A DNA stretch of 64,000 nucleotides, taken from NCBI GenBank assembly GCA_963824735.1, contig CAWGQH010000014.1:74853-138852 (forward strand), in the 5' to 3' direction. The stretch is from an uncultured Chloroflexia bacterium. GTDB taxonomy: Bacteria; Chloroflexota; Limnocylindria; Limnocylindrales; CSP1-4. Below are positions 44,279 through 54,651 of the stretch, piece after piece (the stretch's first letter is position 1; every line of letters starts with the position of its first letter). The position numbers and the translations under genes were made by a program. The notes beneath the pieces were generated by a model that worked only from the letters and a program-made list of their open reading frames with translations, was not told the DNA's origin and did not search any database.

Positions 44279-45886
44279 ATGCGCGTCCCACGACGGTCGA
44301 TTCCGTTCCTCGTCGCTGCCCTGACGATCCTCGTGCTTGCCGCTGCCGTGCCCGGCGCGTTCGCCGCGGACCCGAAGGTGCCGATGATCGTCGTACTCGA
44401 GAAGGGTGCCGACGTCGACGCCGCCGTCACGCGCGGGAAACGCGAGCATGCCGTCAAGCCAACCAACGTCTTCAAGCACGCGGCGCGTGGCTACGCCGCG
44501 AATCTGAGCCGCGGACAGGCCAAGGCGATCGACCGCGACCCTGGCGTGGACGCGGTCGTCCCGGACGCGGTCGTGGAGTTGGCGGCCCAGGTCACGCCGG
44601 CCGGAGTGCGCCGGGTGGGGGCGACGCGGTCGCCGCTAACGCACATCGACACGAATGACCTGGCCTCGCACCGCGCGAACGTCGACGTGGCGATCATCGA
44701 CACCGGGATCCAGCCCGACCATCCCGACCTGCGTGTCGTGGGCGGCTACGACTGCACTCGCCCCGGCACGAGGACGGAACGATCCAGGTCCTCGCGCTGG
44801 CGCGACGGCCACGGCCACGGCACGCATGTCGCGGGGATCGTTGGCGCGCTCGACAACGACCGGGGCGTCGTCGGGGTCGCGCCCGGGGCGCGCCTGTGGT
44901 CGGTCCGCGTGTTCGATGCCACCGGCTTCAGCCGGATCTCGTGGATCACCTGCGGGATCGACTGGATCACGTCCAAGCGCACGTCGAGCGGCAAGCCGCA
45001 GATCGAGGTGGCCAACATGAGCCTCCGCGACGACGGTCTCGACGACGGCAACTGCGGCTACTCGAACGCGGACATCGAGCACCGCGCGATCTGCCGGTCG
45101 GTGGATCGCGGGACGACCTATGTTGTCGCCGCCGGCAACGACCGCAACTTGGCGGGCAACTGGCGGCCCGCGTCGTACAACGAGGTGATCACGGTCTCGG
45201 CGATGGCCGACTACGACGGGAGGCCGGGCGGTCTCGCCGGCGCGCCGTGCATCGCCTTCGGAAAGCGCGACAGCGATGACACGTACGCCGACTTCAGCAA
45301 CTACGGCCGCGACGTCGACATCGCGGCACCCGGGGTGTGCGTCCGGTCGACGTGGCCGGGCAGCACCTACGCGACGATCTCGGGCACGTCGATGGCCACG
45401 CCGCACGTCGCCGGTGGGGCAGCGCTGTATCTGATGGCCCATCCGGGTGCGCCGCCGGACGAGGTGCGCTCGGCGCTGCGTGCTGCAGGCCTGTTCGACT
45501 GGAAGACCAGCACGGACCGCGACAGCACCATCGATCCGCTGCTCGACGTCTCGTCGTTCGGCGGCGGTGAAGGGCTCCGCCTCCGCTCGTCGACGACGTC
45601 CCTTCGCATCCGCGCCGGCGGCGCGGCTGCGAAGGTCCGCTTCCGGTTGACCCGTCTCGACGGGCAAACCGGGGACGTCACGATGTCGATCGCCGGGCGT
45701 CCACCAGAAGTCATCACGACGTTCACGAGGACGACGTTCGGCGGCCGATTCTTCGGCGAGGCGTCGGTCTACGTGCGAGCGGACCCGGAGGCGCCGGCAG
45801 CCGACAAGAACATCGCGATCGTCGCCTCCGCCGGGGACATCGAGGCGCGCCACACCATCCGCCTGAGGGTCGACCCCGCGCAGTGA
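44279..45886 (+). CDS. secreted S8 (subtilisin-like) serine peptidase with inhibitor-I9-like propeptide
   Basis: Signal peptide FLVAALTILVLAAAVPGAFA. Catalytic DTGI, HGHGTHVAG and SGTSMATPHVAG motifs. Confidence 0.9.
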   Translation: MRVPRRSIPFLVAALTILVLAAAVPGAFAADPKVPMIVVLEKGADVDAAVTRGKREHAVKPTNVFKHAARGYAANLSRGQAKAIDRDPGVDAVVPDAVVELAAQVTPAGVRRVGATRSPLTHIDTNDLASHRANVDVAIIDTGIQPDHPDLRVVGGYDCTRPGTRTERSRSSRWRDGHGHGTHVAGIVGALDNDRGVVGVAPGARLWSVRVFDATGFSRISWITCGIDWITSKRTSSGKPQIEVANMSLRDDGLDDGNCGYSNADIEHRAICRSVDRGTTYVVAAGNDRNLAGNWRPASYNEVITVSAMADYDGRPGGLAGAPCIAFGKRDSDDTYADFSNYGRDVDIAAPGVCVRSTWPGSTYATISGTSMATPHVAGGAALYLMAHPGAPPDEVRSALRAAGLFDWKTSTDRDSTIDPLLDVSSFGGGEGLRLRSSTTSLRIRAGGAAAKVRFRLTRLDGQTGDVTMSIAGRPPEVITTFTRTTFGGRFFGEASVYVRADPEAPAADKNIAIVASAGDIEARHTIRLRVDPAQ

Positions 45887-47056
45887 CCCAACCTACCTCG
45901 CCGCTCCTTCCGCCGGCAATGGTCGGCATTCTCGGCGGCGGTCAGCTGGGCCGCATGCTGGGGTTCGCGGCCCGTGCGATGGGCTACCGGATCGTCGTGC
46001 TCGACCCCGATCCCGAGTGTCCTGCCGCCGCGGTCGCGGACCGGGTCGTGGTCGGTGCCTACGACGACGCCGACGCGGCGCTCGAGCTCGCAGCGGACGC
46101 GGATGTCGTGACCTACGAGCTCGAGCACGTCGCGCTCGACGTCGTCCGCGCGATCATCAAGCGGACCCCGGTGCGCCCTGGGATCGAGCCACTGCGCGTC
46201 ACGCAGGACCGGCTGGCAGAGCGCCGATTCGTGGAGCGGGCCGGGATCGCGGTCGCCCCGTGGCGGGCCGTTGCGACGACGGCGGCGCTGGCATCAGCCG
46301 CCTCGGACCTCGGCACGCCGCTCCGGCTCAAGGCGCCGACCGGCGGGTACGACGGCCGCAGCCAGGTCCGCGTCGCCGGGGCGGCGGACATCGAGATCCG
46401 CGATCGGTCGCTTCGGCCGACCGGAGGGCGTGCCGCTGCTCGCGGAGCGCGAGCTCGACTTCGAGGCGGAGCTGTCGGTGATCGTCGCGCGCGGCATGGA
46501 CGGAAGACCCGCGATCTTCCCGCCTGCCCGAAATCTCCACGACGCGGGCATCCTCGTCGAGTCGGTCACGCCGGCCGACCTGCCGGCAGCGGCACTGCGT
46601 GAAGCCACCGCGATCGCGCTCAACCTCGCCGCGTCGATGGACCTGGTCGGGACGCTCACCGTCGAGCTGTTCCTGCTGCGCGACGGGTCGCTCGTCGTGA
46701 ACGAGCTTGCGCCGCGGGTCCACAACAGCGGCCACTGGACGATCGAGGGCGCGGCGACGTCCCAGTTCGAGCAGCACGTTCGTGCGATCTGCGGCCTGCC
46801 CCTCGGCGCGGCCAATGCGCGCGGTCCGACGGCGATCGTCAACGTGCTCGGGACCGGCGAGGAGCGCGAGGCGCGCCTGCTGGGCGTCGCCGAGGCGCTC
46901 GCGGTGCCCGGCAGCCACCTCCACCTCTATGACAAGCGACGGGTCTTCGAGCGGCGCAAGATGGGCCACGTGACGGCTCTCGGAGCGACCCCGCTGGAGG
47001 CCCTCAACCGTGCCCGGACCGCGCGTTCGTGCCTGCGCTGGGCGGACGGCTCGTGA
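45883..47056 (+). pseudogene. purK: N5-carboxyaminoimidazole ribonucleotide synthase, frame-shifted in this sequence
   Basis: GILGGGQLGRM...GGYDGRSQVRVAGAADIE reads in frame 1. AIGRFGRPEGVPLLAERELDFEAELS...ELAPRVHNSGHWT... reads in frame 2. The switch lies at about 46393-46402. Confidence 0.85.
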
Positions 47057-47572
47057 GCGTGCCGCGCGTCGGCGTGGTCGGTGGGAGCCGCTCGGACTTC
47101 CCGGTGCTCGAGGCCGCCGTCACGGTCCTCGACGAGCTCGGCGTTCCGTCGGAGCTGCGGGTTGTCTCGGCCCATCGGACCCCGGACCACCTGTTCCGCT
47201 ACGCGGAGACGGCCGCGGAGCGCGGCATCCGGGTGATCATCGCGGGCGCCGGCGGGGCCGCCCACCTCCCCGGGATGCTCGCCGCGAAGACGACCCTGCC
47301 GGTGATCGGCGTCCCGATCCCGACCAAGCAGCTCGGCGGGCTGGACTCGCTGCTGTCGATCGTCCAGATGCCGAAGGGGATCCCGGTCGCGACCGTCGCC
47401 ATCGGCAACGCCACGAACGCCGGGTTGCTCGCGGCCGCGATCCTCGCCGTGTCCGACGAAGACGCTGGGACAGCGACTGGCCGCCTGGCGTGAACGCCAG
47501 ACGGCGGGCGTCCTCGACGACCCATCCAATGCGGCGCCACTGGCGCCGGAGGTCAGCTCCCGGTCACGGTGA
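47053..47572 (+). pseudogene. purE: N5-CAIR mutase with a frame-shifted C-terminus in this sequence
   Basis: GGSRSD...SAHRTP...[10 protein letters not shown] is intact. After ...AILAVSDE the conserved tail [20 protein letters not shown] continues in the +1 frame to TGA 47570-47572. The annotated frame stops early at 47493. Confidence 0.85.
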
Positions 47573-48506
47573 CTCCGCCGCCCAGCATCGGGCCGACCTC
47601 TCGCACGAAGCGGACGAGCGTCTCGTTGTCGTACGGGGCGGGCATGTCGAGGTAGATCTCGCGGAAGCCGAGCTCCACGTATGGCGCGAGCTTCTCGGTC
47701 AGACGCTTCGGGGTCCACGCCTGGCCGGGGCCTTCCCAGCCTCCGTTGTGCCGCCCGATCTCCTGGGCAACCCGTTTGGCCTCCGACTCCGAATCGCGCA
47801 GGACACTCGCCTCGGCACTGAAGACCCATCGGATGTCAGACGGGTCTCGGCCGACCTCGTCGCACCAACGGCGCAGCGTCTCGGCAGCATCGCGGACGAC
47901 GTCGAGCTCTCCGAACGTGGCCCACATGTCTGCCGATCTGGCCACGGTGCGGAGCGTCCTGCGCTTGCCCTTGCCGCCAATGAGGATCGGCAGTCGCCTC
48001 TGAACCGGTCGGGGCAGATTCCGGACGGATCGATTGGTGTAGTGAGGTCCGCGGGCGCTCGCCTCGGTGCCGTCGAACATCGCCCGAACGAGCTCGACGG
48101 CCTCGTCGAGCCACTCCAGTCGCTCGCCCATCGATCGCCCGGCCTCGACGCCAAGGGCTTCGAACTCGGCGGTGTTCCAGCCGCCCCCGATCCCGAGGAT
48201 GGCTCGGCCGTTGCTCATGTGATCGAGCGTCGTGACGATCTTCGCGAGCATGGCCGGGTTCCGCAGCGGGTTCGCCGTCACCATATGGCCGAGGGTGACG
48301 CGGGTCGTGACGCCGGCCCAACCGGCGAGCGTCAGATATCCCTCGAAGCTCGGTCCGTGGACGTCGCCGCGGATCGGATACGGATGGTCCCACGTCCAGA
48401 GCGCGTCGTAGCCAAGCTCGTCGACGCGCTGCCCGACCCGGAGGAGCGCGGCCCAATCCGTGTATTGCGGCCACGCCAGCACGCCAAGCCGGACCCTGTC
48501 CGCCAT
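47553..48506 (-). CDS. LLM class F420-dependent oxidoreductase
   Basis: 317 aa. ...GRAILGIGGGWNTAEFEALG... luciferase-like pattern. Confidence 0.85.
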   Translation of the reverse strand: MADRVRLGVLAWPQYTDWAALLRVGQRVDELGYDALWTWDHPYPIRGDVHGPSFEGYLTLAGWAGVTTRVTLGHMVTANPLRNPAMLAKIVTTLDHMSNGRAILGIGGGWNTAEFEALGVEAGRSMGERLEWLDEAVELVRAMFDGTEASARGPHYTNRSVRNLPRPVQRRLPILIGGKGKRRTLRTVARSADMWATFGELDVVRDAAETLRRWCDEVGRDPSDIRWVFSAEASVLRDSESEAKRVAQEIGRHNGGWEGPGQAWTPKRLTEKLAPYVELGFREIYLDMPAPYDNETLVRFVREVGPMLGGGVTVTGS

Positions 48507-48510
48507 GGCG

Positions 48511-51500
48511 TCAGCTGCGGACCAGCTGGGATGCCGAGGATCGGAGCTGCACGCCAGGCGCCTCGGCGAGGTGGAGCGCGATGGGCTCCGTGTAGGCGAG
48601 GCGACCGAACCACATGACCTTCACCAGGGCCCAGTACGTTCCACCAGCGGTGTCGAACGGTGGCGAGACCTTGAAGTCGATCTCCAGCTCCTCACCAGCG
48701 CCAACCGCGAACCCCTGCGTCCACGGCTCGGTGAATCCCCAGGTCTCGTGCGGACTGAGAACCTGTGCCTCGCCGCGGATCTCGCTCTGCGCGCGGCTGC
48801 GCAGCCGCACGCGCAACGACGCCTGTTCCCCGGCGGTCAGCCTCAGATCCCGGCTGAGGACAAGCGCTTCCAGCTCTTGGTCTGGCGGGTCGTCCCCGGG
48901 CTCGGTGGCAGCTTGGCCGGCACGTCCGTCGATATCGGCAGTACGGAGCGCGCGCTCGATTGCGAACGTGAGCGGCGGCATGCTTGCCTGCCCGTCTGCA
49001 GATGGGCCCGCATCACCGCCCGTCGCCGTGAGATCGACCCGTACGACGTCCTCGTGGACCTGGCCGGCCTCATCGCCGATCTGGGCGGAGACGAAGTAGC
49101 GCCCCGACGGCGCGTCGGTCGCCGGCACGACCTGGGCTTCGAAGTCGAGGTGGGCGCCTGGCGCAAGTCGGTACGGTCGCTCCGCGGGCGAGACCTGCCA
49201 GTCGGGTGGGGAGACGATCGAAACGGTGCCGGCAACGGGCGCGTCCGTCCGCTCCGAAGCGACGATCACCCGTACGACGAAGGGACCGGGTCCCTCGAGC
49301 CGCCAGGGCCGGGCCTGCACGGTCAGCGGCTGGTAACCCATCGGCGCCGGACCCTTGTTGTGCAGCCAGTAGCCCGCGAAGAGCGGTTGTGCGGCCTCGC
49401 GTCCTGGCCCGAGCTCCGCGCCCGTGGGCGCCTCCGGCCTGATCGTGGGCTTGATCTGCACGGTCGCGATCTCGAATGGTTCGAGCTCGACATTGACGCT
49501 GCCGTCGACGACCGTCAACGATCGATGGCCCTCTTCCGCCACGTTCGTGATCGCGGCATCGCCGATGGGCCAGGCGCAGCTGATCCGAGCTGTGGTCGCC
49601 CTGCCCGCCGACTCGTACAGGCGCAGCACGAGCCCATTCGCGGGGTCGACGTCGGGCCCAGCCATCCGGGCGAGCGGGTTGCCGGCTGGCTTGACCGCGG
49701 TCAGGACGACCGAGGACGGCTCGACCAGGATGAGCCTGGCAGTCGCGGGCATCTCGCCCTGATGAGGGTCTGGCACTCGCACGATCAGCGGATTGTTGAA
49801 TTCGTGCCCCGACCGCACCGTCTGCCCGGCTCGCCAGTCGCCGGCCGAGGATGTCAGCGCGTACTCAAAGGTGTGGCTCCAGTGCTGGAACTGGAAGTTC
49901 GATCCGTCGGGCAAGGAACGACGCGGTGGATCGATCCACACGCCGGCCGGCCAACCGCTGCATGACCGCAGCAGAGACAGGTAAAGGCTCCCGTCCGCGT
50001 CGACATTGAACCCGGGAAGGCCACGGTTCAGCACGGCGACCGTGTGGTTCTCGACTTTGCCCGTCACCTCGCCTAGGTCGCCCGGCTGCTCGACGACGAC
50101 GACGCCGTCGGCCAGGTCGGCAATCAATGCCTCGACGGCCTGTGTGGTTCGCGTGGTGTCGCCGCCGGACACGACGAGGACCGGCAGGTCGCGGACGCCC
50201 CGCAGATCGGGGATCGGCTCGGGCCGTCGGCCGGACAGAACCTCGGCGGGCACCCACATCCGGGCCGAGCCTTCCTCGGACACCTGGCGATCGAGCTCGT
50301 CGGCGTATCGCGGACCGACGTCCTCGAGGAGCCGGTCGAGGAACGCGTTCTCGCCACGACGCCCGATCACCAGCCGGACATCCGGCAGGTTCGAGTCGAT
50401 GTGGAGGACGCCGTATCGGCTGCCGTCGTGGCGCGTCACCGTCGAGGTGATGCCCTGGCGGACCAGCGCCACCACGAGATCGCGGACCGCACCGTCGTAG
50501 GCCACGTCATCGACGACGATCACTTCCGCAACGCCGATCGCCGTCGCCCGAGGCCGCTCCTTGGGCGACCCCGTCGCGCTCAGCTCGACGCGCGCGGTGA
50601 CGCCAAGGCCGAACCAGTTGTAGGCCGGGTTGTCGAGCGTGAACGGGGCCAGTCCGACATCCACGTTCGGAAAGCCGAACGGCCGCGCAATGACGGCGTT
50701 CCCGACCTCGGAGACCGGGCGGCCACCTTCGACATCGATCGGGAACCGGACCCGGAACAGTCGGTCATGGCCCGCGAACTCGTCGAGGCGGGTCGTGAAA
50801 TCGACCCGGTCAACCCCGTCCCAAAGGACGATCTCTTGCCGAAGGCTGCAACCCTCGATCTCGCCCTCGACGATGGCCCGCTGGCCTATGGCCGAATCCT
50901 CGACGACCACCTTGGCGGGATGCTCCGAAGATGACGACCACGTGCCAGATGGGGTGAGGTGCCACGGGCCTTCGCCGAAGATTGGGTGGTTCGGGTACTC
51001 GCGGTAGGCGATGACCTCGTTGGCGACGCGCCCGGGCCGGATGAGTTCCTTGCCGGCGCGCGTGTCGTACAGGCTCCGGATCGTGCCGCCGAAGCCTTTG
51101 TCGACCGCCAGCCGGAAGCCCTCGTTCGCGATGGCATCGCCATCGGTGGCTCGCCAGGACATCTCGTCCAGCGGCCTCGGGCTCGACAGCGCTCGGTACG
51201 TCCGGTAGCCGAGGGCAGGCACGTCACGCGCCAGGAAGGCGATCCTTGCCCGTGCCGGCGCACGATCGTTGCTGGGCTCCACGGCTTCCGCCACGAAGGC
51301 CACTGCGGACCCTGACTCGTCGTGGAGCTCGATGCCCAGTGCACCGTCGGTCAACTCGACCACGACCCTGGCGACATCGGTCCGGGGCCACGCCATCGGG
51401 TTGAACACGACGACCGGCCGACCCTCCCCCGCGGTGGAAACCCGTTCGGCGAGGTAGCCCAATGCTCCATCCAGGCTCGCCTTCCCGAGCTCGAGCGCCT

Positions 51501-53007
51501 CTCGCCACCCGCCGAGGAGGTCGAGGTAGACCTGGTCCGATTCGGAGCCGGTGATCCCGTCGTGGTGGGCGCCGAACAGCAGCTGGCGCCAGGCCTTGTC
51601 GATCGCCTGCGCCGGGAACCGCGCCCCGAGGAGCATCGCCAGCGAGGCGAATTTCTCGGCGGCGAGGAGCGTGTTCTCGGCGGCTCGTTGGGCCTGCTTG
51701 GTGTCGATGAACGACACGTCCTTGCCGGTGTAGACCGGGTTCATGTCCCGCGTCTGCGGTGCGAACGACCGACCGCTCGAAGCTCGCTCGTCGCGCACGG
51801 CGTCGAAGAACTCCCGCGGGATCGCGGCCAGGAACTTCGGCCAGACGTAGCGCCGAGCCCAGTCGCGGTGGATCGCTGTCAGCCATTTGTTCGGCGGCGA
51901 GTAGTCGGTCCCCACGGGCAACAGGACGTTCTTCGTTGCAGCCAGCGCCGCGAGATCGGTAAACAGGCGATGGACTTCGAGCTCGGCCTCCTCGAGCGTC
52001 GTCGCCGCATCCATCCACCAGCCTGCCGAGTAATGGTTGGCCTGGTACGACGTGAGCAGCCCTCGCCCGCTTGGGGCAACCCACTCGAACTCGCTTTCGA
52101 ATTGCATCCGCGGCGTGTCGCCCGGCGCCAGCTTCTCGAAGCCGGTGCGTGCCGGCCCTCGTACCCAGTGTGGGCCCCACTCATGGAACGGCCCGCGGGC
52201 CCACGAGCTCGACGTCATGCCGGCGTCGGCCATGATCGCCGGGAATTGAGGAGCGTGGCCGAAGGCATCGAGCTGCCAAGCCGTTGCCGGAGCGCCGCCC
52301 AGGACGTCGCGCTGGTACGCGACACCGTAGATGGCGTTGCGGATCGTCGACTCGTCACTGGTCAGGTTGGTGTTCGGCTCGTTGTACGTGCCGCCCATGA
52401 ACTCGAGTCGGTCCTCGGCGAGCAGCTGCCGGATGTAGGCGCGATCCTCGGGGAACACTGCCCAGTAGGGCTTGAGATAGTCGAGCTCGGCCAGAACGAA
52501 CTTGTAATCGGGATCTCGCCGACAGGTCTCCAGATGGGCCTTGACCAGGGCCAGCCCCGGTTCCTGGAACGGCACGCGATACTGGATTGCCGTGCCCCAC
52601 GTTTCGGTGTACGCCGCCTGGGTGTTCCACCAGACCGGGTCATAGTGGAAGTGCGAGATCATGAACATCCGCCAGCCGGGCTCGACGACGACGAACGAGA
52701 ACGGTCGGCGGAGGGTCGCCGCACCGTTCTCGACGATGGCGGTCGCGTCTCGAACCTCCCCCGCAACGATCACACCGTCCACGATCACGCCAATCTCCAG
52801 CCCGACCTCGTCGCCGCGCCCGAGTGGCCCGACGATCAGTGGTTCGGGGGAGCGGAGCCGGTCGCCTTCCACTCGAACTCTCGCCGGTTCGCGGTCGTCC
52901 GGCTCGGGGGCGCCGCGCAGCCTGAGCCGCACGACCTGCCGCGCCGATTCCTCGGTCCCGACGAAGAGGTTGGTGCTCTCAGCGGCGACGATCTCCACGG
53001 TCCTCAC
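48511..53007 (-). CDS. glycoside hydrolase family 38 alpha-mannosidase, very large (1498 aa), no signal peptide
   Basis: ISHFHYDPVWW and WQLDAFGH catalytic-domain motifs. About 110-aa N-terminal extension. About 450-aa C-terminal region with two similar beta-sandwich-like modules. Confidence 0.9.
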   Translation of the reverse strand: MRTVEIVAAESTNLFVGTEESARQVVRLRLRGAPEPDDREPARVRVEGDRLRSPEPLIVGPLGRGDEVGLEIGVIVDGVIVAGEVRDATAIVENGAATLRRPFSFVVVEPGWRMFMISHFHYDPVWWNTQAAYTETWGTAIQYRVPFQEPGLALVKAHLETCRRDPDYKFVLAELDYLKPYWAVFPEDRAYIRQLLAEDRLEFMGGTYNEPNTNLTSDESTIRNAIYGVAYQRDVLGGAPATAWQLDAFGHAPQFPAIMADAGMTSSSWARGPFHEWGPHWVRGPARTGFEKLAPGDTPRMQFESEFEWVAPSGRGLLTSYQANHYSAGWWMDAATTLEEAELEVHRLFTDLAALAATKNVLLPVGTDYSPPNKWLTAIHRDWARRYVWPKFLAAIPREFFDAVRDERASSGRSFAPQTRDMNPVYTGKDVSFIDTKQAQRAAENTLLAAEKFASLAMLLGARFPAQAIDKAWRQLLFGAHHDGITGSESDQVYLDLLGGWREALELGKASLDGALGYLAERVSTAGEGRPVVVFNPMAWPRTDVARVVVELTDGALGIELHDESGSAVAFVAEAVEPSNDRAPARARIAFLARDVPALGYRTYRALSSPRPLDEMSWRATDGDAIANEGFRLAVDKGFGGTIRSLYDTRAGKELIRPGRVANEVIAYREYPNHPIFGEGPWHLTPSGTWSSSSEHPAKVVVEDSAIGQRAIVEGEIEGCSLRQEIVLWDGVDRVDFTTRLDEFAGHDRLFRVRFPIDVEGGRPVSEVGNAVIARPFGFPNVDVGLAPFTLDNPAYNWFGLGVTARVELSATGSPKERPRATAIGVAEVIVVDDVAYDGAVRDLVVALVRQGITSTVTRHDGSRYGVLHIDSNLPDVRLVIGRRGENAFLDRLLEDVGPRYADELDRQVSEEGSARMWVPAEVLSGRRPEPIPDLRGVRDLPVLVVSGGDTTRTTQAVEALIADLADGVVVVEQPGDLGEVTGKVENHTVAVLNRGLPGFNVDADGSLYLSLLRSCSGWPAGVWIDPPRRSLPDGSNFQFQHWSHTFEYALTSSAGDWRAGQTVRSGHEFNNPLIVRVPDPHQGEMPATARLILVEPSSVVLTAVKPAGNPLARMAGPDVDPANGLVLRLYESAGRATTARISCAWPIGDAAITNVAEEGHRSLTVVDGSVNVELEPFEIATVQIKPTIRPEAPTGAELGPGREAAQPLFAGYWLHNKGPAPMGYQPLTVQARPWRLEGPGPFVVRVIVASERTDAPVAGTVSIVSPPDWQVSPAERPYRLAPGAHLDFEAQVVPATDAPSGRYFVSAQIGDEAGQVHEDVVRVDLTATGGDAGPSADGQASMPPLTFAIERALRTADIDGRAGQAATEPGDDPPDQELEALVLSRDLRLTAGEQASLRVRLRSRAQSEIRGEAQVLSPHETWGFTEPWTQGFAVGAGEELEIDFKVSPPFDTAGGTYWALVKVMWFGRLAYTEPIALHLAEAPGVQLRSSASQLVRS

Positions 53008-53915
53008 CTCGGTCGGGTCGCCCCGGCCGGGACCGGGACGGTGTCACGCCAGGAATGGGTCGGCTCGTAGCCGAGCAGTGAGCGAGCCTTGTCGATCGCC
53101 AGAAGCGTGTCGTGCTCGCCCGTTCCGTCGCGGAGCGGGACCGACGGGAAGCATTCGGCGACGAGTTCCGAGTTCGGCCGGTCCATCACCGTGTCGGCGG
53201 CGGCAACGATGAAGACCTCCGCGCCCGTGGTGTCCGCCGTGACCGCCAGTCGGCACGCCTGAGCGACGTCGCGGGCATCGACGTAGCCCCAGGCGTTCCA
53301 TTCGCCCCGATGCGGGTCGGACCAGTCGTCGGGGAACCGCTCGTATTCCGCAGGCTCACGAATGGCCGAGAAGCGAAGCCCGATGAATGGAATCCTGGTC
53401 CAGCGTGCAAACTGCCGAGCCATCTCCTCGCCAAGAACCTTGGACAGCGAGTAGGACGAATGTGGCCGGACTGGATGCGACTCGTCGATCGGCAGATAGT
53501 CGGGTTGCGGGTGGTGTCCGGGCGCGGCAACCGGATCGAGCAGGTTCCGAGCATGGCGCCAGCCGAACGGCAGGCCGAGAACCGTCTCGCTGGAGGCCCA
53601 CACGACCCGCCCGACCTTGCAGACCTCGGCGGCGCTGAACACGTTATAGGTGCTTCTCACGTTGATGTCGAAGGTGCGTTCGATCGTCCGGATGCCGGGC
53701 GCAGGAATGGCCGCGAGATGGATGACGGCGTCAGCGCCCCGGAGGGCGCCCACCGTTTCGCCGAAGTCCGTCAGGTCTGCCCTCACCGAACGCAGCCGCC
53801 CATCGGCGGCCGGGACCACATCGATGTTGACGACATCGAAGTCGTGGTCGATGAGATCCGACATAACCGCGCGGCCGGCCTTCCCGCTTCCGCCTGTCAC
53901 GACGATCCTGGTCAT
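53004..53915 (-). CDS. NAD-dependent epimerase/dehydratase (extended SDR)
   Basis: ATG 53915. VTGGSGKAGRAV Rossmann motif and YSLSK (YxxxK). Confidence 0.85.
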   Translation of the reverse strand: MTRIVVTGGSGKAGRAVMSDLIDHDFDVVNIDVVPAADGRLRSVRADLTDFGETVGALRGADAVIHLAAIPAPGIRTIERTFDINVRSTYNVFSAAEVCKVGRVVWASSETVLGLPFGWRHARNLLDPVAAPGHHPQPDYLPIDESHPVRPHSSYSLSKVLGEEMARQFARWTRIPFIGLRFSAIREPAEYERFPDDWSDPHRGEWNAWGYVDARDVAQACRLAVTADTTGAEVFIVAAADTVMDRPNSELVAECFPSVPLRDGTGEHDTLLAIDKARSLLGYEPTHSWRDTVPVPAGATRPR

Positions 53916-53925
53916 CGGTGGGCCG

Positions 53926-54651
53926 TCAGTGCCTGTGGCCCAACGAACCCTGGCCGGGATGGCCGGGATGCTCGAAGCCCGGAGCCAGGCGAGCGAGGGC
54001 GCGGCGACGGCCACTCAGCCACTCGTCGAACGCGACCAGCCGGGCAGCGCGAACGAGCTCCGCCTCGATCTCCCGACGCACCTCGCCGAACGGCAGCGTC
54101 GACTCCGCCATGACTTCCTCGACACGGGCGGTGTGCCAGCCGAGGTCGGTTTCGATCGGCCCGACGAGCGCCCCGACGTCCGCACCGAAGATCGCGTCCT
54201 CGAGGTCGCCGACCAGCTCGCCCCGCCGCATCGTCAGCGGAGCGACCTCGAGGAGATCGACGGCCCTTACGGCGGCCTCGCTCGAGCACGTGGCCAACCG
54301 TACCGTCCGCGTCGCCGGGCGCCGAAAGAGGTCATGGTTGCGCTCGAAGTAGCCACGGACCTCGGCCTCGCCCACGACGACGCCGTCCGTGACGAGCTCG
54401 ACGAGGCGAGCGACGTCGCCCGCGGTCAAGGTCTTGGCGCTGCTCCCACTAACGCCGGCGCCTCGGGCCTCCTCCAACAGGATCGCCTCGTCGACCATCT
54501 CCCGCAGGATCCAGGCCCGAATGCCTGTGGCGCCGGTGTTGGCGGGCGGGATATGGCGTCCCCGGGGGCCCCGCGCAAGCTTGGCGATCCGGCGGTCGAG
54601 CTGCGCCGTCGAGATCGGCCGACCCGCCACGGAGGCAACGGTGTCGCTCAA
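53926..54651 (-). CDS. PpiC/parvulin-like peptidyl-prolyl isomerase domain protein (divergent)
   Basis: C-terminal ...LEDAIFGADVGALVGPIETDLGWHTARVE resembles a rotamase domain. No signal peptide seen. Confidence 0.6.
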   Translation of the reverse strand: MSDTVASVAGRPISTAQLDRRIAKLARGPRGRHIPPANTGATGIRAWILREMVDEAILLEEARGAGVSGSSAKTLTAGDVARLVELVTDGVVVGEAEVRGYFERNHDLFRRPATRTVRLATCSSEAAVRAVDLLEVAPLTMRRGELVGDLEDAIFGADVGALVGPIETDLGWHTARVEEVMAESTLPFGEVRREIEAELVRAARLVAFDEWLSGRRRALARLAPGFEHPGHPGQGSLGHRH

